Shown here one piece after another: positions 35,099 to 44,073 of a stretch of 64,000 nt of DNA. The stretch is from positions 288,001-352,000 of the forward strand of contig CAWDYC010000005.1 of the NCBI GenBank assembly GCA_963806535.1. Direction: 5' to 3'. Below the pieces are notes generated by a model that saw nothing but the letters and a program-made list of their open reading frames with translations, had not been told where the DNA came from and did no database searches. The translations under genes and the position numbers were made by a program. Source of the DNA: Candidatus Bathyarchaeota archaeon (GTDB lineage: Archaea; Thermoproteota; Bathyarchaeia; Bathyarchaeales; Bathycorpusculaceae). The number at the start of each line of letters is the position of its first letter. The first letter of the stretch is position 1.

Positions 35099-35671
35099 CT
35101 AATTCAACTGTCGTTTTTTTAGCCTTGCTTGCAAGATATTATTCTTGTAAATAAATTTCACAGGATCTTCCGTAATTGATGCTGGAAGCTTTATCTTCTC
35201 TAAATATTTCCTAATATCGTTCTCCGCAGTAATAGTAACGAAGTCTTCTCCCACGTTCATATTGACGTCTTTTTCGTTCATACCAGGCAATTCTGCTAAA
35301 ACTATTACGTATTCATCCTCTTCAAAAACATCCACAATCGGCTGTTTTTCTTCTCTAAAACCCAATAACGAAGGATATTGCTTTTTTGTTGCAGACTTTC
35401 TAAAACCACACCTTTTTGCTGGAGCCTTTATAAAGTGTAAACTAGCCGGATGCCTGTGAGCAAAAATCACCTTTTTGGTTTGTGTTTGAGAAAAAGTGTT
35501 GTTTTCGAAACGAACAAAATGTGCGCATTTATTACAACATTGCACCAGCACTTTGTCGTTCTTTATGTTTCTTACCATCGGACAAAAAACCCATTCAGCA
35601 TCCTGAATACCTCGGACCAGCAATTTGGTTTTGCCTTTCCTGAAAGCTACCCGACAGATCATCCACATCAA
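35099..35671 (-). CDS. Hsp20-fold protein with Cys-rich N-terminus
   Basis: CP..CCNKC; PIVDVFEE, AELPG, YKNNILQ. Confidence 0.75.
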   Translation of the reverse strand: MMWMICRVAFRKGKTKLLVRGIQDAEWVFCPMVRNIKNDKVLVQCCNKCAHFVRFENNTFSQTQTKKVIFAHRHPASLHFIKAPAKRCGFRKSATKKQYPSLLGFREEKQPIVDVFEEDEYVIVLAELPGMNEKDVNMNVGEDFVTITAENDIRKYLEKIKLPASITEDPVKFIYKNNILQARLKKRQLN

Positions 35672-35816
35672 ATTGGGCCTCTATTATATCACATCAAAGA
35701 AACGGCAGGTATTATCTTTTCGAAACTTGATTGCATTCAATTTCATTATGTTTAAACCCGCTCTTAAGCGTTAATTGTTGTCATAGTTGTATAGGTTTTA
35801 CTCCGTAATTAGAATA

Positions 35817-35854
35817 TTTCGAAAAACGAAACAAGTCAATATCGGATCTCGATA
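35817..35854. promoter_or_regulatory. Two TWTCG-N5-CGAWA palindromes upstream of gvpA
   Basis: TTTCG-AAAAA-CGAAA at 35817-35831 and TATCG-GATCT-CGATA at 35840-35854. Confidence 0.5.
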
Positions 35855-35947
35855 CGAACGCCGTTTTACCCCCCTGAATATTACTTAAATAGTAATATAT
35901 CGTACTCGAGAAGCATAACAAAGCTTCCATAAAGAGGTGAACTAAAA

Positions 35948-36175
35948 ATGGTGCAACAAAGTCCAGATTCAGGTAGTTTGGCAGAAGTAATCGATCGCAT
36001 AATGGACAAAGGTATAGTCGTCGATGCTTGGGCAAGAGCTTCACTGGTTGGAATCGAAATTCTCACCATCGAGGCACGTGTCGTAGTCGCTTCAGTCGAT
36101 ACATTCCTACATTACGCAGAAGAAATCACAAAGGTCGAACAAGCAGCAATAGCTACTCCTGTTCCAGCGTCCTAA
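35948..36175 (+). CDS. gvpA: Gas vesicle major structural protein GvpA (copy 1)
   Basis: [51 protein letters not shown]. Confidence 0.97.
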   Translation: MVQQSPDSGSLAEVIDRIMDKGIVVDAWARASLVGIEILTIEARVVVASVDTFLHYAEEITKVEQAAIATPVPAS

Positions 36176-36254
36176 ATCTGTAAAAAAAATAATACAAGTT
36201 TGAGATGAAAAAAATGTCTAAACAAAAAACGAAAAATCGAGAGGTGAACTAAAA

Positions 36255-36482
36255 ATGGTGCAACAAAGTCCAGATTCAGGTAGTTTGGCAGAAGTAATCG
36301 ATCGCATAATGGACAAAGGTATAGTCGTCGATGCTTGGGCAAGAGCTTCACTGGTTGGAATCGAAATTCTCACCATCGAGGCACGTGTCGTAGTCGCTTC
36401 AGTCGATACATTCCTACATTACGCAGAAGAAATCACAAAGGTCGAACAAGCAGCAATAGCTACTCCTGTTCCAGCGTCCTAA
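36255..36482 (+). CDS. gvpA: Gas vesicle major structural protein GvpA (identical copy 2)
   Basis: Identical to copy 1. Confidence 0.95.
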   Translation: MVQQSPDSGSLAEVIDRIMDKGIVVDAWARASLVGIEILTIEARVVVASVDTFLHYAEEITKVEQAAIATPVPAS

Positions 36483-36511
36483 ATCTGTAAAAAAAATAAT
36501 ACAAGTTTGAG

Positions 36512-36892
36512 ATGAAAAAAATGTCTAAACAAAAAACAAAAAATCAAAAAGGGACAGCAACTGAAACAACGAAGAAAACTACTCCAAATCCAAATTCCGT
36601 AAATGGCAAGAAAAAACTTTACCAGCAAACCGCCATCAATTTCCAGCAAGCCGCAAACGAAATGCTCGCAGAAGGTATCTGTAACCTTCAAACGGGCGTT
36701 TCCAGTATGCAGAAAAGCATCAATCAAACCACAATCAATTTCCAAAAAGCTGCCAACAAAATGCATGCAGACGGTGCAAACAACCTAAGATCGGGCGTCG
36801 CTGAAATGATGACTGGTATCGCTGCCATGCAAGCTAGCATAGCCAATCAAGCAAAAGCCCAGCAAGAATACATTAAACAGTTCTACGGATGA
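36512..36892 (+). CDS. Putative GvpC-like helical repeat protein
   Basis: Lies between gvpA and gvpN; two 33-aa repeats QTxINFQxAANxMxAxG..NL..GV; followed by a T-tract. Confidence 0.6.
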   Translation: MKKMSKQKTKNQKGTATETTKKTTPNPNSVNGKKKLYQQTAINFQQAANEMLAEGICNLQTGVSSMQKSINQTTINFQKAANKMHADGANNLRSGVAEMMTGIAAMQASIANQAKAQQEYIKQFYG

Positions 36893-36999
36893 TCCCCTCA
36901 CCCGTTGGAACAAAGCTGCTCCCAATCCCCAATTTTTTTTCAATTAGTCAGATCAATCGATGAAGTAAATGGCTAAGTAATCAAAGAGAGGTGAATTGA

Positions 37000-37161
37000 A
37001 TGTCAAAAATGCCAAAAAGTGCAGTTAACGCACAAGAAAGAGATAAAAAAATAAAATGGTTAAGAAAGCACAGAGAAATGGTACAATATTGTTCAGTAGT
37101 TCCTCGTCCGCAGAGAGTTCGCATGCTCTGGGTAAATGATCTCAAAAAAGAAAGGTCTTAA
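37000..37161 (+). CDS. 53-aa basic microprotein MSKMPKSAVNAQERDKKIKWLRKHREMVQYCSVVPRPQRVRMLWVNDLKKERS
   Basis: GAGGTGA RBS like that of gvpA; not in the ORF track. Confidence 0.6.
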   Translation: MSKMPKSAVNAQERDKKIKWLRKHREMVQYCSVVPRPQRVRMLWVNDLKKERS

Positions 37162-37273
37162 TTATTCAAGGACCACTTTTTCTCTTTTCAAAAACTAAGT
37201 ATTCAAAATCGAATTTGAATGAGCACCTTAAAAGAACCCATATTTCAATCTTGGGAAAGTTTTTGCCAATAGT

Positions 37274-37288
37274 TTTCGATTCTCGAAA
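37274..37288. promoter_or_regulatory. TTTCG-N5-CGAAA palindrome upstream of gvpN
   Basis: TTTCG-ATTCT-CGAAA, same form as the gvpA upstream sites. Confidence 0.45.
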
Positions 37289-37375
37289 CAGTTCTCGTAA
37301 CGTGTATCTGAATATTCCTTAAAAGGTTTGCTGTAAGTCTCGCATGTATAAGGAAAAAAAAGAGGACTTTAAAAA

Positions 37376-38437
37376 ATGAAATACATGCCAACTCATCAGA
37401 GAGTTGTTCGCGGAAAACGAGTTCATGAAACCTTGGAAGAAAGGCAAACTAAAGTTTCCGATGAAACAAAACATCCGGAACTCTCAATCGATAAAATAGA
37501 AACAGAGTTCCTAACTCCCTCAATCGAAAGTTTTATTGAAACCGTACAAGTCAGAAAGTTAAAAGACAGAATTAGACTCTGGGTTAAAGCTTCATGTCAC
37601 CCCCATATTGTCGGCCCCACTGGTTGCGGAAAAACAACAATGGCAATGCAAGTAGCAAAAGAATTGGGCAGACCAACAGTATGGATAAACGGCGATGATC
37701 AAATAACAACAACAGACTTAATCGGTGGATACTCAGAAATGGAAGCTGAAAGTCTGGTAGACAAATACATCCATAACGTCAGGGTAACTAAGGACAAGAC
37801 AAAATACAGATGGGTTGACAATCCGTTAACACTCGCTTGTAAACATGGCTACACATTAGTCTATAATGAATTCTCGAGATCAAAGCCAGAAGCCAACAAC
37901 GTTCTGCTATCAGTATTAGAAGAACACGTTTTAGAACTCCCAACTATGTTTGGAGAAGAAAGATACGTCAAGGTTCATCCAGATTTCAAAGTGATATTCA
38001 CAAGTAACTCTGTGGAGTATGCAGGAGTACACAGACCACAAGATGCCCTATTGGACAGAATGATAGATCTTCACATGGATTATTACGACTTTGATACTGA
38101 AGTAAAAATTGTTAGAGCGCATTCCCACATCTCAATGGTCGAGGCGAAAAATATTGTCAAAATCGTTCGGACATTAAGAGAAGAACTGCCTGCCCCTCAT
38201 AAACCTGGCACACGGGCTGAAATCATGATTTCTAAAGGCCTCAAAGCTATGGGCAAGTATTCAAAAGAAGACTTTGAACAAATTTGCTTAGATGTGCTCG
38301 CAACAAAAATAGGCAATCCAACGGAAATTCCTAAAAAAATTGATTTCATAAAGGAAATGCTAAGTGATGCTCACTCAAACATACAGAAAAACCGGTCCGA
38401 TTTTATAGTACCAGAAATCGGGGTTTGCACGACTTAG
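37376..38437 (+). CDS. gvpN: Gas vesicle AAA+ ATPase GvpN
   Basis: GPTGCGKTT, WVDNPLTLAC, YNEFSRSKPEANNVLLSVLEE, FTSNSVEYAGVH..QDALLDR. Confidence 0.95.
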   Translation: MKYMPTHQRVVRGKRVHETLEERQTKVSDETKHPELSIDKIETEFLTPSIESFIETVQVRKLKDRIRLWVKASCHPHIVGPTGCGKTTMAMQVAKELGRPTVWINGDDQITTTDLIGGYSEMEAESLVDKYIHNVRVTKDKTKYRWVDNPLTLACKHGYTLVYNEFSRSKPEANNVLLSVLEEHVLELPTMFGEERYVKVHPDFKVIFTSNSVEYAGVHRPQDALLDRMIDLHMDYYDFDTEVKIVRAHSHISMVEAKNIVKIVRTLREELPAPHKPGTRAEIMISKGLKAMGKYSKEDFEQICLDVLATKIGNPTEIPKKIDFIKEMLSDAHSNIQKNRSDFIVPEIGVCTT

Positions 38438-38459
38438 GATCTCATTGAAAGGAGACTAA

Positions 38460-38750
38460 ATGAAAATGGCGTTAGAGAAGATCTCTCTTTTCAAAGTCAC
38501 GGAAGTAGCATTTGATGCAGCAAAAAGATTTCTTTCCAAAAATCCAGAGACTATCATAGATATAAAAGAAAAAAAAGACGAATGGGCTGTCACTATTGAA
38601 GTACTGCAGAGAAAGTCAATACCTGACACACAAGATCTTCTCGCAAGATATGTAATAAGAATAGGCAAAGATGGACAAGTAATAGGCTGGACCCAGAAAA
38701 TGGTCAGAAAGCGAAGCGATCGAATTTCACCTGAAACAACAGAGGAATAG
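38460..38750 (+). CDS. gvpO: Gas vesicle protein GvpO
   Basis: WAVTIEVLQRKSIPDTQDLLARY. Confidence 0.88.
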   Translation: MKMALEKISLFKVTEVAFDAAKRFLSKNPETIIDIKEKKDEWAVTIEVLQRKSIPDTQDLLARYVIRIGKDGQVIGWTQKMVRKRSDRISPETTEE

Positions 38751-38775
38751 GAAGATAACTAAGGAATGAAAACAC

Positions 38776-39597
38776 ATGGAAACTGCAACACTCTCTCAAC
38801 AGCTTCTGAATATGGACACTATTAATCCTAAACATGCTCTTCACTTGTATGCCCCAAATGTCGATAAGTATTCGATTCAAAATGCCTTCTTGATTTCCTC
38901 TCGACTCGGCCAAAAAATAATTTATGTTACTGCTGACAGCAGCGCCTTGCTAATAAAAGAGTTTAATCATGTAGGAGGAAAATTAAGAGTTGTTTCCCCA
39001 AGTGAACTATACGAACTCAAAAAAGAAGATTTTGAACAACAACTTATTGTCGATGCAGGTTCGTTAATCAATCAAGAATATGCGGAAATTGAAAGAAGGG
39101 AAAGCTTTCTAAATGAGTTATGCCTAAAGCGCAACTTAAACTGCTTATGTACGTACGACGTTACGAAATTCAACTTTGAAAAGATCAAGCAATTAGCTTC
39201 ACTCCATAAAGAACTTTGCTTAACAACAAATGATCTCACAATATTATCTGGTGATTTCTTTGATGAATCAACATTGTCAGCCGAATCGGTTGAAAAAATA
39301 GTAAAAGACAACTTAGAAAACGTGATTTTAGCGATTCTTCAGAAGAACATGATGTGCGGAACAGAAATAATCGGAACTATACACTTGAAGTTTAACGTGT
39401 TGCTTAGTCCGGGAACAATATATCCGATGCTTCATTCGTTGAAACAGAAAGGATTATTGACGTTTAAGAAATCAGGCAAAGAAATAGTTTATGGACCAGT
39501 CGAAGATGCTAAACCCAGAATAAGAAATCTGGTTAATGAGCATATTCAAGCTCACTCAGTTCTAAACCATTACCTGCAACAAGAACTAAAAATCTAG
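38776..39597 (+). CDS. MEDS-like sensor domain fused to a PadR wHTH
   Basis: HALHLY, IIYVT, ESFLN, CLCTYD, LH; C-terminal LSPGTIYPMLHSLKQKGLL. Confidence 0.65.
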   Translation: METATLSQQLLNMDTINPKHALHLYAPNVDKYSIQNAFLISSRLGQKIIYVTADSSALLIKEFNHVGGKLRVVSPSELYELKKEDFEQQLIVDAGSLINQEYAEIERRESFLNELCLKRNLNCLCTYDVTKFNFEKIKQLASLHKELCLTTNDLTILSGDFFDESTLSAESVEKIVKDNLENVILAILQKNMMCGTEIIGTIHLKFNVLLSPGTIYPMLHSLKQKGLLTFKKSGKEIVYGPVEDAKPRIRNLVNEHIQAHSVLNHYLQQELKI

Positions 39598-39608
39598 AGG
39601 GTTGACGA

Positions 39609-40268
39609 ATGAAAAGAGAAGAAGGAAAATACTTTTACTGCGCAATAAAAAGCAACGAAGTGAAAAACTTTGGCAAAATAGGTCTCGGCAACGAAGAAGT
39701 CTACACCATTCCATGTGGAGACATAGCTGCAGTTGTCAGTGACTCTCCAATGACTGATTACGAATTGACCGAAGATAACACAAAGAAACATGAGAACGTA
39801 ATTAAAGAAATAATGAATCAATACTCAGTTGTACCAACGGAATTTGGGACCACAATAAAAAATGAAATAATCCTAAAACGCTTGCTAAAGAAAGCCTACA
39901 ACCCTACAGCAGAATCCCTAAAACTCGTTGAAAACATGGTTGAACTCGGAGTGAAAATTGTGCAAACCGATAAAACCGTTTTCGTAGACGATCAACAGAA
40001 AAAAACATTGGCCTCTGAAATTACTGAGTCTTTAAAATCAAAATCAAAAGAAACAGTTACGTGTGACTTATTTAGCGAGAGACTTGTTTTAAATGCCTCT
40101 TTTTTGGTTAACAAAGAACGGATAGATGCTTTCTCGGATGAAATTGAAATCTTGCAGATTAAATATCCAAAACTAAAGTTTCTCTATAGTGGACCCTGGG
40201 CACCGCATAACTTTGTATATATAAAAATTGGCACCGAAGGCGTGGAAATAAAGAAAAAGCAGGAGTAA
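39609..40268 (+). CDS. gvpF: GvpF/L family gas vesicle protein
   Basis: GKYFYCAI, IAAVVSD, HENVI, VVPTEFGT, SGPWAPHNF. Confidence 0.9.
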   Translation: MKREEGKYFYCAIKSNEVKNFGKIGLGNEEVYTIPCGDIAAVVSDSPMTDYELTEDNTKKHENVIKEIMNQYSVVPTEFGTTIKNEIILKRLLKKAYNPTAESLKLVENMVELGVKIVQTDKTVFVDDQQKKTLASEITESLKSKSKETVTCDLFSERLVLNASFLVNKERIDAFSDEIEILQIKYPKLKFLYSGPWAPHNFVYIKIGTEGVEIKKKQE

Positions 40269-40272
40269 TAAG

Positions 40273-40563
40273 ATGCCATTTTTCATAGACGATATATTTC
40301 TAGAAATGCTTGGCCTCTCTGTGCCGCCATTTGATATGATCTGGCTTATGGAGACAATCATGGATTATGGTGACGAAGGAAGAGTTAAAGAAAATCAACG
40401 AAGAATCAACAATGAATTAAGAGAAAATAGGCTACTCTATGAACTTGGCGAAATAACCAAGGAAGAATATGAAAAAAACAATAGTGAACTTTGCCATCAA
40501 CGCCTAATGAACAAACGATTAAACATTGTGCGTCCCAGTCAGAGAATAAACATTCTAGGATAA
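40273..40563 (+). CDS. gvpG: Gas vesicle protein GvpG
   Basis: FFIDDIF, LRENRLLYELGEITKEEYE. Confidence 0.85.
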   Translation: MPFFIDDIFLEMLGLSVPPFDMIWLMETIMDYGDEGRVKENQRRINNELRENRLLYELGEITKEEYEKNNSELCHQRLMNKRLNIVRPSQRINILG

Positions 40564-40583
40564 TTTTGTAGGAAGAGAAAAAC

Positions 40584-40748
40584 ATGATAGAAACACAAAA
40601 AAAATTAGTTAATCCAAAACGTTCAGAAAATCGAAGTGAAAAGGCGAATTCAGGATTAGAATTAGCCTTATTCTCAGAAAAAATAGGTATCTGTTCAATC
40701 AATAGGAGAAATGTCATTTGTCCAATAGATCACGAGATACCACCCTAG
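40584..40748 (+). CDS. Possible 54-aa ORF filling the gvpG-gvpJ gap (GvpI position)
   Basis: Open frame MIETQKKLVNPKRSENRSEK..; overlaps the next gene by 31 nt; weak RBS. Confidence 0.3.
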   Translation: MIETQKKLVNPKRSENRSEKANSGLELALFSEKIGICSINRRNVICPIDHEIPP

Positions 40749-41041
40749 TCAGCCTATTAGACGTAATACTAGACAAGGGCGTCACAGTAGATGCAAGGGC
40801 AAAGATTCGCTTTAGTAACATCGATCTTTTGGACACTAAAACTCGTATAATCCTTTCATCTTTTGAGACAGCTAAAAGAATTGGTTTGAAGTTTCCCGAA
40901 AATACTAATTTGAACACCCAATCATGGCAATCCTTAGCAACAATGCAGTCGTGCCTTAACTGTGGCAAAGAAATCAACCAAGAGGAACTTCATAGCGAGT
41001 GCCCATGGTGTGGATGGGTCAACAAACAAAATTGGAGGTAG
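40718..41041 (+). CDS. GvpJ/GvpA-family protein with C-terminal Zn ribbon
   Basis: LVSLLDVILDKGVTVDA..SSFETA; CLNC..CPWCG. Confidence 0.8.
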   Translation: MSNRSRDTTLVSLLDVILDKGVTVDARAKIRFSNIDLLDTKTRIILSSFETAKRIGLKFPENTNLNTQSWQSLATMQSCLNCGKEINQEELHSECPWCGWVNKQNWR

Positions 41042-41046
41042 AAAAC

Positions 41047-41430
41047 ATGGAGAACATGACTTTAACGCCTGAAAAAGAACATTCTGGATTAGCTGACGCA
41101 ATCGATAGAATACTAGATAAGGGATTAGTGATTAACGCAGACATCGCTATCAGTGTTGCTGGAGTGGAACTGCTCGGAATAAAAATCAGAGCTGCTCTTG
41201 CTTCTTTTGAGACTGCAGCGAAATATGGACTAGAATTTCCATCAGGAACCAATCTAGATACAGCCGCCTGGAAAAACGCCGCAATAGAAAAAGAAGATTG
41301 CCCGCAATGCAGCAAAGAAGTTAACAGAGAAGAACTGCTGAACTTCGCATGTCCCTGGTGCGGATGGGAAAGCGCCAGAGCCAAGAAACTAAAACCAATG
41401 AAAGTTGGAGTGAAGGTGGGTGTAAATTGA
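41047..41430 (+). CDS. gvpJ: Gas vesicle protein GvpJ with C-terminal Zn ribbon
   Basis: LADAIDRILDKGLVINADIAISVAGVELLGIKIRAALASFETAAKYGLEFP; CPQC..CPWCG. Confidence 0.9.
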   Translation: MENMTLTPEKEHSGLADAIDRILDKGLVINADIAISVAGVELLGIKIRAALASFETAAKYGLEFPSGTNLDTAAWKNAAIEKEDCPQCSKEVNREELLNFACPWCGWESARAKKLKPMKVGVKVGVN

Positions 41431-41969
41431 GTTCATTAAAGAATCTTGATGATCTTCTTGACGCTTTGGACGAAAAAAGCAAGCAGATGACGGTATATCT
41501 CTTGAACGAGCGCCATGCAGAGTTAAGAGAGTTGGCTAACCTGATTTGTGCCGCTTCAGATATGGAAGTCCTCATGATAATTAGAGAAATCATTAACCCT
41601 AAAGCTAAAGAAATCGTGGGTAAACCCATCGTTTCTTTTCAACGGTCAAAAATGGATTCGTTGACCGGCGAAATGATCATGTTTAGTTGGTGGGTTGATG
41701 AATATCTCGCAAGCAGTGTTCGTACTGAGGAACTATTAGATATTATAGATGAAGAAGATATCATAAGAATTGTTGCGGAGTTGCCTTCAACAGAGAAACA
41801 AATCCAAGTAAAATTAGCAGAGTCTCATCTAATAATATCTGGACGACAATACTACAAAGAACTCTCACTCCCTTGCCTCGTCAAAGATAAAATTGAAAAA
41901 ACCATCAACAACGGCGTTTTAGAAGTAAAATTAAACAAAAAGGCGGTATTACATTGCCAATTGAAATAA
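41427..41969 (+). CDS. GvpH-like protein (wHTH-like N-terminus plus Hsp20-fold C-terminus)
   Basis: IVAELP, INNGVLEVKL; located inside the gvp operon. Confidence 0.65.
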   Translation: MSSLKNLDDLLDALDEKSKQMTVYLLNERHAELRELANLICAASDMEVLMIIREIINPKAKEIVGKPIVSFQRSKMDSLTGEMIMFSWWVDEYLASSVRTEELLDIIDEEDIIRIVAELPSTEKQIQVKLAESHLIISGRQYYKELSLPCLVKDKIEKTINNGVLEVKLNKKAVLHCQLK

Positions 41970-42271
41970 ATGAGAGCGATCTGAAATCAGGGCTTCTTGG
42001 AGTAATTGTTACTCTAGTTGAAGTTATACAAGATGTTCTTGAAAGAGAAGCTATACGGAGAATGGAGTCAGGCAGGCTAAACGCTGAAGAAATAGAAAGA
42101 TTAGGAAAGGGATTGATGGAGCTTGATGAAGCACTTGAAAACATCAAAGAAGAAAATTCTCTCCAATCTATAGTTAGATCTTTACGAACAGACATGGACC
42201 GATTAGTGGAAGACACTATTGATCTCATGGCTAATCCAGAAAATATGGCTATTAAGAGTGACTCCAAATGA
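41954..42271 (+). CDS. gvpK: Gas vesicle protein GvpK
   Basis: LVEVIQDVLEREAIRRMESGRLNAEEIERLG. Confidence 0.92.
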   Translation: MPIEINESDLKSGLLGVIVTLVEVIQDVLEREAIRRMESGRLNAEEIERLGKGLMELDEALENIKEENSLQSIVRSLRTDMDRLVEDTIDLMANPENMAIKSDSK

Positions 42272-43074
42272 CTCAAACATGCGTTAGTGAAGAAGGAAGA
42301 TACCTCTATTGTGTCATCAATAGTGGAATCGAAAAGAATTTTGGGCAAGTAGGCGTTGAAGATAGCACCGTTAGTGTAGTTGCTTTCAAAGACATTGGTG
42401 TAGTTGTCCACTCATGTAAAGCAAAGCCCTATGAAACAAAGTCAAAAGAAGAAGCGGGCGAGTGGATTTTAGCTCACCAATACGTTATTGATCTTGCAAC
42501 AGTTGAATACGGAACCGTTATTCCGTTAACCTTCGATACAATTTTCAAGGGAAACGACAAAACTCTCACGGATTGGCTCAATGAGGAGTACGCTTATCTT
42601 AAAGCTATGCTAGCAAAACTCGAAGGAAAAGCTGAATACGGAGTTCAGGTTTTCATTAAAAACGAAACTTTTGAAAAATCACTGAGTAACAATGAAGAAA
42701 TCATTGGTTTAGAAAAAAAACTTGAAAACACAAGCAGCGGTGCAAGTTACCTAATTAGAAAGAAGCTGGAACAAAAAATGCAGCTTGAAAAACAGCTTAT
42801 AATAGGCAACTACACAAAAAATCTTTGTTGCCAAATCGAGAAAGTTGTCGACGATATAAAGTTTAGTTCAACAAGCAAAGAAGTTCCCAAGCAATGGCAA
42901 GACCAACAAATGATTCTAAACATAACTTGCCTAGCAAAAAAAGAGAAAATCGGAACCTTAGGAAGTGTGCTAGGGCTTCTTAAGAATGAAGGGTTTGCTG
43001 TTAGATTTACTGGACCTTGGCCGCCTTACTCTTTTGTTGGGCAAATGAGTAAATCAAAAATAAGGGGAAACTAA
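42268..43074 (+). CDS. gvpL: GvpL/F family gas vesicle protein
   Basis: GRYLYCVI, WILAHQYVID, TVIPLTFDTIF, EYGV, RFTGPWPPYSF. Confidence 0.9.
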   Translation: MTQTCVSEEGRYLYCVINSGIEKNFGQVGVEDSTVSVVAFKDIGVVVHSCKAKPYETKSKEEAGEWILAHQYVIDLATVEYGTVIPLTFDTIFKGNDKTLTDWLNEEYAYLKAMLAKLEGKAEYGVQVFIKNETFEKSLSNNEEIIGLEKKLENTSSGASYLIRKKLEQKMQLEKQLIIGNYTKNLCCQIEKVVDDIKFSSTSKEVPKQWQDQQMILNITCLAKKEKIGTLGSVLGLLKNEGFAVRFTGPWPPYSFVGQMSKSKIRGN

Positions 43075-43076
43075 AA

Positions 43077-44057
43077 ATGGCAAAATACATTTATGGAATC
43101 ATAAACTCAGATGACAAAAAAAACTTTGGAAACATTGGAATGGATAACGGCGAAACTTACAGTGTCCAATTCGAAGATATATGCGCTGTTGTGAGTGATG
43201 TGTTTGAAGACTGCAGAATTGGCGTCGAAGAAGCGAGAATTCATGATAAAGTTTTACGAAAGATTATGGATCCTTATTCCGTGATTCCAATGGGTTTCGG
43301 ATCAATAGCGAAGAATGACGCAGAGATAAAGAACATTCTAAAACGGGGTAAAATGAAACTTAAGAACACCTTGGAAAAAGTTGATAATAAATTGCAAATT
43401 GACATAAAGATTTCTTGGGATAAAACAATCCTTGCAATCATCTTAAAGGAAAATACCAAAATCCAAGAGCTAATCAATGCAGCTAAGGAAAACACGGATC
43501 AATCAAGCAGAATTGAGTTAGGCAGAAAAGTTAAATCAGCGCTTGATGAAAAGAAAGCTAAATATTTAGCCCACATAGAAAATTCACTGAAGAGCTTTTC
43601 AATGGATTTTGAAGAGAACAAAAACGTAGACCAAGACACTATTTTGAATGCTGCTTTCTTGATTGATAAAAACCAAGAGCAAGAATTCTACGCTAAATTG
43701 ACTGATTTAGAGAAAAAATATGATGGTAAACTTAAGTTTCTCTCCGTTGGTCCGTTGCCAGCTTATAATTTTACAAAAATCGTTGTTGGAAGAATAGATT
43801 ATGAAGCCTTAGAGGAAGCAAGGAGAACATTGGGTTTAAGTCAAGAAGTTAGCATATCTGAGATTAACTCAGCATATAGCAGTTTGGCACGAAAATATCA
43901 TCCTGATCTCCATCCAAACGATCCATCAAGTGAGAAAAAATTCAAGAAAATAATAGAAGCCAAATCTTTAATGGAAAGATATTGTGAACATTACCTTTGC
44001 TCGATTGAGAAAACAAAAGTTGAAGAAAACATCATTGTCGAGGAAAAAACTAGCTAA
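43077..44057 (+). CDS. GvpF/L family protein fused to a C-terminal J-domain
   Basis: KYIYGII, VIPMGFG, GPLPAYNF; then ARRTLGL..SISEINSAYSSLARKYHPDLHP..EKKFKKIIEA. Confidence 0.88.
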   Translation: MAKYIYGIINSDDKKNFGNIGMDNGETYSVQFEDICAVVSDVFEDCRIGVEEARIHDKVLRKIMDPYSVIPMGFGSIAKNDAEIKNILKRGKMKLKNTLEKVDNKLQIDIKISWDKTILAIILKENTKIQELINAAKENTDQSSRIELGRKVKSALDEKKAKYLAHIENSLKSFSMDFEENKNVDQDTILNAAFLIDKNQEQEFYAKLTDLEKKYDGKLKFLSVGPLPAYNFTKIVVGRIDYEALEEARRTLGLSQEVSISEINSAYSSLARKYHPDLHPNDPSSEKKFKKIIEAKSLMERYCEHYLCSIEKTKVEENIIVEEKTS

Positions 44058-44073
44058 ACTGTTCAGGTGTATA

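Larger units (their letters stand above)
35933..36546 (+). repeat. 307-bp tandem duplication (RBS + gvpA + start of the next ORF)
   Basis: 35933-36230 is identical to 36240-36537; two mismatches in the last 9 nt of the unit. Confidence 0.95.
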
